A DNA stretch of 63,387 nt, filler included, from Octopus bimaculoides (lineage: Eukaryota), in the NCBI RefSeq assembly GCF_001194135.2. It is 9 parts of 9 records of this genome, joined end to end, with 100 filler letters (N's around TTAATTAATTAA, not from the genome) between each part and the next. Parts side by side here need not be neighbours in the genome. Positions count along the whole stretch, not along the records: positions 46,961 to 60,788 come from NC_068985.1; positions 60,889 to 62,066 come from NW_026306785.1; positions 62,167 to 63,387 come from NW_026427984.1; 6 more parts are not named here. One strand, written 5' to 3'. The stretch's first letter is position 1. Each line of letters begins with the position of its first letter. The notes under the pieces were generated by a model that saw only the letters and a program-made list of their open reading frames with translations, had not been told where the DNA came from and made no database searches. Below are positions 52,699 to 63,387 of this stretch, piece by piece. A program made the position numbers and the translations under genes.

Positions 52699-53945
52699 CT
52701 GTGATAAATGAAATTTAAAATTTCACAGAAGAAATGTTTTATATCAATTTATTTTAAAAGGAATTTTTGAGAGTGTGACATGGTGAGGATCTTTTGAGGA
52801 TGTACTGTGATAGAATACAGATAGATATTGGTGTGGGGTGTATGTGTGGTCAAAGCTTTGCTGTTGTTGAAAGGACACTATTGTTAGTTATTAAATGTTC
52901 AGGGAGTACCTATGAATGTAGATTTGTCTTGTGTTTGAAAACGAAGAAAACTTTCTTCCCCAAACTTACTACAACAAAAATTTTAAAAAATACTCAGGCA
53001 ACTATAATTATAAAACAATAGAATTTGAATATTTACAAACAAGAAGAGAACACACACACACATATATACATGTGTGTGTGTGTGTGTGTGTATGTATGTA
53101 ATAAGACAAAAGATGCCAGAAAACAACAATGAAGCGAAACACCTCATTAGATATTCCAACACCGTCGCTAGTGACAGCCATGTGACAGACATTGTCACAT
53201 GGTTCTCCCTGCAACAAGAGATAGGGAACTTATTTTGCATGTTTTAACATAAAACATTCTTCCTTGTTTTGCTGCTTTGCTGGATGCACTTGTTTTTTGT
53301 TTGAGAAAAATTTGTATGCTAGTTTGTTTTTTTTACGCACACTTTTTTGTGTAATATTTTAAATGATTTTTGTCCTTTCATTTCTGTATATTTTTTTAAT
53401 TTAAAAAAAATTTTTTTTACAAAAGAACCTCATATTCCGTTAAATGATTATGATAATTTCCATAACATTTTTGCAAAAGAAATGAAAAATGGAAATTATT
53501 AAATTATCATTGTTTCAGAGGGATAGTTGCTATTTATCGAATTTTTCTTATTTTTCTACACACTTTTTATTTTTTATTTCATTACTTGTTTTATCTTTAC
53601 CATTTTTATTCTTCTTGTTCTGCTTTTGTTCTTTATAACTTTCCTCATTTCTTAATATGGGTTACTTTTCTCTTTCTTTCATTTCTTCCATTCATTTCTT
53701 GCTTGGCTGTTTTTTTTTTCCTTTCTTTTGTTTTCTTTCTTTACATTTATTTATCTCCCTTTTTTCTTCTACTTCTCCAGTCTTTTATTCTTTTAATCAA
53801 TCTTTTATTCCATACCAAAATTAAAAAAAAACAATAAAAACTGCAACTCAACAATTAAACTACTTTCATAACGTGTGTGTTTATGCATATGCATGTATGT
53901 ATATATATATATATACACACACACATATATATATACATATATGTT

Positions 53946-54002
<57 letters not shown>

Positions 54003-54657
54003 ATTTACACATATATAATACATACATATATGTCTGTGTGCTTGGGTGCATATCTGCTTTTGTGACGATGTGTAATATTGACAATGTGATGAAGAGAATG
54101 TGTGTGGTTACAGCATGTGTTTATACTTGTTTTTATTTGGGGAGGGAGATTTCCTTTTTGTTTCTAAACTCTTTCTTAATATGTATCAAGTAGTTTTCTA
54201 GTAATCCTTGTCTCTTTCTTTCTTTCCTACTTTCTGTCTTTCTTTGTTTAGAATCTTTAATGAATTTATATTTCAAATAAAATTTAATGAATATGGAAAC
54301 TTTTTTTTTTTTTGTGTGTGTGTATTCGTTACATATTTAGTCAAACCTTAGAAAATGATAGTAAAATTATTTCCAAAAATGTTTATTTCAGTCTGAATAA
54401 AGACAAAAAAAAAAAAAAATCAAAGACAAAAACGAAAATAAAATTCAAATTATTAAAAATACAGATGCATACACATTTTTTTTTTAAAAAGCAAAGACAG
54501 AAAAATATTTATCAAATGCAATAACAATTTACATCTGAAGAATCTGGGCATGATATTGTTTTGTGTGTGCGTGTATGTATTGGTATATACATGTATTGGT
54601 ATATCTATTTATGTGTAAATACATATGTATGTACAGGTATGTGTATGTATGTATGTG

Positions 54658-54716
<59 letters not shown>

Positions 54717-55345
54717 TTGTGTGTGTTTTTCTATTATTTTTCCATTACCAAAGAAACGTGTCATTTCAAAAGTTTAATTCATGTTCTCTATTGTAAATTA
54801 TTATTATCATTATTTTTATTATCATTATGATCATTATCATCACTACTATTAATATTGTCATCATCATCATCATCATTATTGTTATTATTATAATTATCAC
54901 CACCGTCATTGTTTTTGTTATTACTAGCGTTATTATAATATATTGTTATTGTATATGTGTGTGTTTGAAACAAGAAAGTTTCACAATGTTTAGAATTATT
55001 CTATTCTGTTTATTGGTTAAAGCTTTTTATTTCTTGTGGACAGAAGAACACAGTAAACATTCAAACTGCATCACTCCTTTTCTTTAAAAAAATAATAGTA
55101 ATAATCATTTTTTTTTAAATGAATAAATATGTCATCTTTATCTAAATAAACAGCAGTTTATTTCTCAAAGTAATGTTATTTGTGAGCTTAGGGTTTCATG
55201 TTTTTTGTGGTTTGAGTTTTTTTTTTTTTTTAAATTTTTGTATTGGTTATCAAAGACGGAAATAGTGCTTAAAGTTTATATGGAATTCTCTCTCTCCTTT
55301 TCTCTCTCTATATATATATCTGTGCACATGCATGCATGCGTTTAT

Positions 55346-55465
<120 letters not shown>

Positions 55466-57189
55466 GCATACATACATGTGTGTAGCTATGCATAATTTAG
55501 TAAATATTTTAATTCGCTTTATTTATTAATTGCTTTTTAAGTTTTGTTAAATACATTTTAAGCAGCAGCAACAACAATAATAATAATAATAATAATAATG
55601 ATGATAAGGAACATTATAATTGAAATACTAATAGTTTTACATATTTTTTCAATTTTCAGGGTTTTTTCTATTTTTGTTTATTTTAATGTTGGGACAGAAT
55701 ATTAGTTAACTGTAACATAAGGAATAAGCAGTTTTGGCATTCGTGCCTTCTCTTAGGTTTGAAGAAACCTGTGTAAAATTAATGATAATGATATTAATGC
55801 TGATGAGGATAATGAGGATAACATTAATAATTATCTTAACTACTACCATCATTATCATCTTCACTAGAATTTTGATTCTTTCAGAAGCCAGACATTGTAA
55901 AATGTTAGATAAACATTCCTTTTGGTTTCAAGATCAAATACAGCCAGTGCTGAATTTTTCTGTTTCAGTCATTAAATAAGTAATAGTTACACTTGTTGTT
56001 GTCTAGCCTCACATTGTTGTTTAGCCTCTAGCAGTTCAAGTGACCACCTAGAAATAGCCTTGACAATCAAGTGTAACCAATAAGGATTCAGACCTATCTT
56101 AAACGTAAACCTATACACAAAAGCATTACAAAACTCTAAGTATCACATCTCTTATAAACTATGTAAGAGGACATTATCTAATGTGTCCTCAGTTTATTCA
56201 GACAGAAGATTGTGATTTGAGGGATATTTATCTACTATTTCTAGCAGTTCAAGTGATCACGTAGAGACTCCCTCCTTTGCTAGTAACATACTATGGTCAT
56301 TCAATCACCCACTCCACCCTTGTTTTACTCACTTCACCTCATATTAGCATTGGTCTTGCTTTCTGTATAAGGAATCTGTTGCCATTATCTATCTTGACTA
56401 TTGCTATCATCTTAAATGTACATTAATGTAAATGCCTTTAGCCAATTATGTGAGACATTGTACAAATCTAAATAAATGCTTGTTTTTCTCTACTTCACTA
56501 GAAAGTGTTAAATTTACTTATACCTTGATACAAACTTAAATTTATTCATATTTTCTGTTTAGTGTAATATTAAGTTTTTTTGTTGTTGCTGTTGTCCTCA
56601 TCAATATCATCATCTTTCTCAATCTCTTCTTTCATTTTAATTCCATCATAAGAGAAGAAAGGACTAAGATATCTGGTGCCTTGCTGTACACAAGGAGACC
56701 CATCCACCACAGTAGAACTAATATCTTAAAACCACCCTGGTAATACTTGCCCATGAGTGGCTCTGCTCCTCCCTCACCCCCATCCTCTCTGTCCCTCCCC
56801 CACCTCCATCCCCTCTGCCCCAACAGTGATTTCCCCACCACCCACATTTCATCCCCTGTCACCCATCACTTCCTTTTCATTATTATTATTATTATCATCA
56901 TTCTCATCATCTTGTGAAAACTTAAGTAATTATTGATATGTAAGAACTATCAGCAGTAGGAAGTAATTATGGTTATATATCTCTTTGGTAGGCTGATGAG
57001 GTAATACAAAAGCTTTAAAGGTGCCCTAAGCTCCAAATGTCCTTAAACTCATTTCAGCCACTGGGTTGTGGTCATGCTGGGGCAGGTACTTACCTTGACA
57101 AGTTTAGTAAATCAGTCACCCCCAGTATTTATCTTAAGTCTAGTACTTTTTCTAATGCTCAACAAAAAGAAGTGCACTCCTGCATGCAC

Positions 57190-57231
<42 letters not shown>

Positions 57232-59675
57232 ACACACACATATGATGGGTTTCCGCATAGCTTCCATCTAGTCAGCCACAAGGCACTGGTTACCCAAGGA
57301 TGTAGTAGAAGACAATTGTCTAAGGGTATGACTCATTTTGGCACAGCCTTTTTGGTGCTGCATATTTGGCATTATTGATTTGACATCAAATGTTTTAAAG
57401 CTTCATTCCCTCACCCTCATTTTTTTCTCCTCTCTTTATCTGCGTGAGCATATTTCCCTTAAGTATATGAGGAGAGAAAGTGTTTACGCCAATTGTGCTC
57501 AGTTAATAAATTTTAATGTCTCTCTAACTCTTTCTATCGATATGTGCATATTTCTGCACATATGTGCATGCCTCCAGCCCCCAAAAATGTCCCGTTGCCA
57601 ACAACAGGCTGAATGTCTTGTCAACCATGCCAAATCATCTGTATCCAAACAGCTGCACATTATCATCTTGTGTTACTTGGCACACAATGGGACTGAACCC
57701 GAAACCACATTGTTATAAAGCAAACTTCTTGATCATCCAGCCATGTCTTCCACATTTTTTGTCCTTATGATCCAATATGCTCAGAAATACAAATGACATA
57801 TAAATCAGCAATGGTCAAGTGAGTACAGTCTCAGCTTCTTGGTGGAAGGGTTTTCATCTTTCTTTCCTATCAATAGAGCTGGACATGAATTTAGTAACAC
57901 ACTCAACTTTGAATTTCCTTCGTCATTAATGCAGTAGTTGAGAAGATAAGAAAAGAATAAGATCACTGGAATTTTTATATTCTAAACTATCTGGAATTTC
58001 ATGTTGTTTTCTTGTGGGGATTTTTTTTTTCAGTAGTTTACCATGCCAAAATGAAACCTGTAAGACATGAATATGCATATACAAACACACACACACACAC
58101 ATACACACACTCATATTCAGATTTCTGCACAAAAATAAACGTGCATACATACACAAGACTACTTTGTTTCAACTGGATATTTTAATAAAGTCTTTTGTGC
58201 TAATTTTTTCTTTTAAAAATTTAGCGTTCAGTTTACGCGTATATTTTCTTCAAATTTTTTTCATTTTTTCTTTTTTTTTTGTGAGCGCGTTTTTACTTTC
58301 CTCTAATTTGTTTTTCTTTCTTATCTAAATTAATTAATTCAACCATTATTAAATACGTGGTCAGCTTTGATTTCAACAAACTTCAAATTCATAATTGCTT
58401 AATGAAAAACTTCTATAATCTAAGCAAGTAGAATATAGAAAATTTTCCAAGTAAAACATGTGCTTTATGCAATATTTTATTTATTTATATGTATGTGCAT
58501 TTTAATTTTAGTTTTTTCCTTTAAATTATTCCTCTTTAGTTTTTTTCGTAATATCTTCCTTCTTTCATATCAACTAGCTTAAGGTAATTCTTCCTTCCTT
58601 CCCCTCTAATTTTATATACCCTACATCACACATACTTATTTTATATTGGTTTATTTCTGGGGTTTTGCTGAATTTTGTTTTGGCTTTTTGTTACATGAGG
58701 TGGGGAGGATGATTTTGAGTATATGTCTCCCTTCCTCATCCATCAAATTGCTTCTTCTCAAACATCTACTTTTGATCTTGTTTGAAAAGCATAAGCAAAA
58801 TTCTATAATAAATTTTTCCACAAAAGTAATAGCAATAACAACAACAATAATGAGTAAACAAAATAACATCAATAACAGCAAAATAATGTGGAAAATCCCG
58901 GTTTCTTTGAGTGGAGAGTTGAAGTATTTTCCTTGTTTAGTGGCGCTGTTCAATTTTATGTTTTCTCGTTTTTTTTTGTTTGTTTTTTTTTTGGTGGGGG
59001 TTGCTTTTTTGTGGTTTATCTGGTTAATATGCATGTTAGGAACTACGACAATGGTGACAACTACAACAACATCGATAATAATAATAATAATAATAATAAT
59101 AATGGTTTCAAATTTTTGCACTGGGCCAGCAGCTTCTGAGGGGAGTGTAAGATAATTACATCAACCCTTGTAATAATAATAATAATAATTACAATTATAA
59201 TAATTATTATTATAATAATCTAACAGAGACACACGGCCAGAAATTTAGTGGTAGAAACAGTCAAATATTATCCCAGTATTTGACAGGTTCTTTGATTTAT
59301 CATTCTTCAGAAGGTAAAAAAAAAAAACTCAAGTTGACCTTGGCAAGATTTGAACTCAGTTTAGACAAATTAAGGAAGAACATCATCCACACTTGTAACA
59401 ATTTCAACTTTAAAATAACAATAGCTATGAACTTAACTATGGTTGGCTTCTTGATACTATCCTAAGATTAAGAACTAACTTTCAGATAACCTAATGGAAA
59501 TTCCCATATATTAATGTTTGGTTATACTACTCTTCCATGACTTTTAAAAATCACATTAGCAGCATTAAGAGTATTCCCAATCTGTTTACCAAAAGAGAGG
59601 AAATATTTAATAAGGCAGCCTCCTACTAAAATATCACTTTATGGCTAGTAGATTCAGAAGAAATTTCATTCTTAC

Positions 59676-59750
59676 CTAAATGTCCTGCCTATCAAATTAG
59701 AAAGAGATGCCATATTATCAAATGCTTCATACCCCTCTTTTTGCACAATG
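59676..59750 (-). CDS. Candidate 75-nt symmetric exon (IVQKEGYEAFDNMASLSNLIGRTF)
   Basis: tattaactttag|C and TAG|gtaaga; single open frame, phase 2 to 2. Confidence 0.3.
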
Positions 59751-59819
59751 CTAAAGTTAATATAGTGACATTTTAACCTTAGTGAATAAGAACTTTCTTG
59801 CTAAATAGATTTTTCTTCT

Positions 59820-59950
59820 TTTCTTCTTTTACTTGTTTCAGCACCACCTTTAGTCAAACAAATCGACCCCACAACTTATTCTTCGTGATCTTATTACTTA
59901 TTCTATTGGTCTCATTTGCCAAAGCACGAAGTTACGGGGATGTAAACACA
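59820..59950 (-). mobile_element. SINE family B, internally deleted
   Basis: ttcttttacttgtttcagcaccacctttagtc...aatcgacccc...aagttacggggatgtaaacac. Confidence 0.7.
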
Positions 59951-60900
59951 GATACACAAATACATGCACACGCACACACACACACATATATATGTATTAG
60001 GGAATCCCTTGTGATTCTCAGGTCTTTTGGACAAAAAACCCTGAATAAGTTCACTGAAGTAGTCCCCTTCTGCAAACATAAGTTTTCATCCACCTTCTTG
60101 AAACTGTATAGAGATAAAAATAAATTTAAAAGTAATAAATAATAACAAGTGTAATAGTTTACGTTAGGGTGAATTGAAACCTCGTAGATTAGTTTTGATA
60201 CTGCAGCCTGTTTGGCTATTCTAAAATGGCACCTTTTTTTTTTTTTTTTGGAATCCTCCAATCATTTACATAGGCTGGTCCATTTTGTTTATATATATTT
60301 GCTCTTTATAAAAAATCAGTTTTTTTTTTAGTTTACACTCTATTGTGTTTTGAAATACAGTGGTGTACCTCTGAAATGGCCATAGGTATTGTATGAAATT
60401 CGTGAAATTGTTTTTATTGATGGATACCTGTGGTGTGCTGTAATTGGTTTTGACTGATGTGTGGTGAACCTTTTTAGACATGGTGAGCGGAATTGAACTT
60501 TTGCCTGTTGATACCTGCTGGGTGCCTGTTGTTCACTCTTGTGTGTGCCGGATTGGTGCGAACTTGCCTTTTGGTGTCTACTGGTTTTGAGGTGTGAAAT
60601 GTGCCCGAGGGCTTTCAAGAACTTTGAACTTTAATTCTAAGTGGTGTTAAATCACTTCTGTCCTTGTTTTTTCTCATCCGATAGACTACTTTATGGTACC
60701 TCATTTCTTCATTTCATTTTATTTTACTATATCGACTTATATTATATTTTATTATATTATATTATTATATTATATATTTGAAATTTTTNNNNNNNNNNNN
60801 NNNNNNNNNNNNNNNNNNNNNNNNNNNNNNNNTTAATTAATTAANNNNNNNNNNNNNNNNNNNNNNNNNNNNNNNNNNNNNNNNNNNNTATACATATGCA

Positions 60901-60974
60901 GGCACAGGACGTCATTGTTATGTTCCTTCTCCTCGTCTTCTTCACCGTCATAATGATCACCATCATCACCACTG

Positions 60975-61006
<32 letters not shown>

Positions 61007-61869
61007 AGCAGCACCATCATTATCCCCCTGCCCTTCCTCCTCACTATCCCCATCATCGCCATGATCATCACCATCATCATCATCATCATCATTTTCCATT
61101 TCTGCCTTTTTTGTTTGTTTATTTATTTTTTTCTTTTTACACTTAGCATTCTATCGTGTTGACAGTGTTAAAATATCTCTTTCATCTTCCAAATGACTTC
61201 AGCGTTTGTGGTTTCCTAATTGCGGTTTTTTCCCCGATGAGGTTTAATTATGAGTTTTTCAAGCAATCCACTGCCACTCCCCTGAACCTCCCCGTGCCCC
61301 ACAAACCGCCTAAAATGAGGAGGATCGTTGTTGGTATTGTTGTTGTTGTAGATTTTGCTGTTCATGTTCTTGCTGTTTTCTCGCTACTCTTTTACAATTT
61401 CATTATTTTCTTTTTATTAGAATTTCTTATGAAAATTTATATTTCTCCTTATTTCGGCTTGCCTAATTTAGATCTTATTTTACATATTGCCATTTTATTA
61501 TTTATTTCTGAATTTAAAAAAATATTATGATTACTAGCATTCTTATTAAAATCTTCCTCTCCCACTTCCTCTTCAATATCACCATCATCATCATCATCGC
61601 CATCATCCTCTTCATCATCATCATTACCATCATCATAACCATCATCCTCATCATCATCATCATTACCATCATCATCATCATCATCACCACCATCCTCCTC
61701 TTCCTCCTCCGCCTCCTCCGCCTCCTCCTCCTCCTCATCATCATCATCATCATCATCACCACCATCGTCATCATCATCCTCCTCGTCATCACCATCATCG
61801 TTATCATCGCCATTGAAATAACATTTGTAATTAAAAAAATTATTATTATTAGTAGTAATACATTTTAAG

Positions 61870-61940
<71 letters not shown>

Positions 61941-62028
61941 TACAGTAATGATTATAATTATAATTGAAATTATTATTATTGGCAATAATATTATTTGTAG
62001 TTGTAGTAACAATTTTTAATTATTGTTG

Positions 62029-62066
<38 letters not shown>
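60901..62066. repeat. (CAT)n/(CCT)n/(TTA)n low-complexity blocks
   Basis: Direct inspection. Confidence 0.85.
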
Positions 62067-62166
62067 NNNNNNNNNNNNNNNNNNNNNNNNNNNNNNNNNN
62101 NNNNNNNNNNTTAATTAATTAANNNNNNNNNNNNNNNNNNNNNNNNNNNNNNNNNNNNNNNNNNNN

Positions 62167-62251
62167 TTCACAATTAAAGAAGGACCACCACCAATAGCTA
62201 TTGGCTCAGTGAAGGCTAAAGATTCTGGATTTGATTTATGTTATACTATTG
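62167..62251 (+). CDS. Partial exon encoding a cadherin-repeat-like segment (FTIKEGPPPIAIGSVKAKDSGFDLCYTI)
   Basis: Fits the EC-domain pattern F.I.E......IG.V.A.D......Y.I; ends at G|gtaagt (phase 1); 5' end lost in the gap. Confidence 0.62.
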
Positions 62252-62729
62252 GTAAGTAAAAAATTTGAAAACCTTATTAACAAAAATAAACGAGTCAATT
62301 ATTGCATTTAGAGAATATAAAACAAATTTGTTTTAGCAAAAGATACACCTCGAAATCATAATGTANNNNNNNNNNTACTACATAAATATCATAATTTTAA
62401 ATATCTTAATTATGTTTAAGGCTATTTATTGTCACGAAGACTTTGTTTCTGAAAGATTTTTTGTAGAGTGCATTTAGAGCCTATACATCAACATCATCAT
62501 CATCATTTAACCTCTGCTTTCCATGCTCAGAACAAATATGTGACATGAAATTTAACACGGTGATATCCTTAATTGGAATTCTCATGACAATTTCATTTAC
62601 TTTCCTAGTTCTGACCTTAGCTTTGCTCTATCACATAGCTTCAATGATGGCAACTTTTTCCTTTCCTCAAGCAAAATTACTTCCAGAATTCTGTCACTGC
62701 AAGTAGCCAGTTCTGGGCTATTTTCTGCC

Positions 62730-63060
62730 AGTGACTCTCTAGTTAGAGGTACATAGTCTTTCTCTGTCTATGTCCCAGCTTTGTAAGCTCCCTTGTTCTA
62801 TGAGCATTTCTTCCGGACAAGTAGATCCTTGCAGTTCCTTTGTCACTTCCATTATAATCTTCTCTTTTCCCATCTTCTCTAACCACACTTTGGTCTTAAT
62901 TTGTCTAATCTGATCAGTCAGTTGTTTATCATTCACACCTTTCAACTCTTCTTAAAGATAATATTTTTTCCAGAGCCTTAATAACCTTTGCCTATAGCCC
63001 CTTTTCTCTGGTTCACTCCTAATATAACATTCAGACTACAATTTGTTGTTCCCTGGTGCC
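62730..63060 (-). mobile_element. 5' ORF region of R4/Dong-type LINE
   Basis: ECYIRSEPEKRGYRQRLLRLWKK...NDKQLTDQIRQIKTKVWL resembles the R4/Dong N-terminal CY..S.P..RGYR.R...W / QRLADQ.R.I...WL motif. Confidence 0.75.
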
Positions 63061-63387
63061 ACAAAAAGAGAAATGCACTCAGTGCACTCTGTATATTGGT
63101 TGGTGTTGCTGTGGGGTTTTCTTACTGTAAAAACCAAGCCTAAAATGAAACTCACCAGCAAGGTGTTGTCCTCCAGCTTGTTTAGGTGAGCAGCACATAA
63201 ACAGTTTGGAGGATAGATTAAAAGAAACACAATGCCAAATGCTGTAGGGATTTAGTCACTTCTGATTGGTCACTTCTACTGTACAAATGTCAAAAGAAAG
63301 GCAATTTGATGTTGGTTGCATGCTGTTATTTAAGATAAAGTAATGCATCACTTAGATATGAATAAGGAGTGTGGACTTAAGTCCTTT

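Larger units (their letters stand above)
51880..54087. repeat. Local direct duplication of ~290-300 bp (51880-52170 and 53790-54087)
   Basis: Near-identical unique flanks; differences mainly in microsatellite length. Confidence 0.9.

Noticed and set aside
57061-57150. Consensus minus-strand donor CAAG|gtaagt
   Set aside because: Lies inside a SINE family B copy with no plausible exon
60340-60618. 92-aa minus ORF (TTG start)
   Set aside because: No ATG, no convincing acceptor and no recognisable domain

Overview
AT-rich, microsatellite-dense eukaryotic scaffold with many N gaps, eight of them carrying an artificial TTAATTAATTAA spacer. The repeat content and gap style suggest a coleoid cephalopod (Octopus-type) draft assembly; this is inference. 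Most of the window is intronic or intergenic. Almost all ORFs in the supplied track are artefacts of microsatellites or N runs. Best-supported content: several tRNA-derived SINE families, a full-length decayed mariner (37075-38296), a decayed Tigger/pogo transposase, a Helitron Rep remnant, R4/Dong, Tx1-like and RTE-like LINE remnants, a solo LTR with a 4-bp TSD, a MITE, and a ~540-bp foldback made of two head-to-head SINE-like units. Host-gene evidence is fragmentary: a partial cadherin-repeat-like exon (+, 62167-62251), a triple AGCCAAT promoter-like cluster beside a consensus donor (-, ~38.5-38.7 kb), a protein-like minus-strand exon (28235-28319) and a three-exon plus-strand chain (12.2-13.2 kb). 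No complete gene, CRISPR array or rRNA is supported. I cannot demonstrate a novel biological system; the findings are leads to test.
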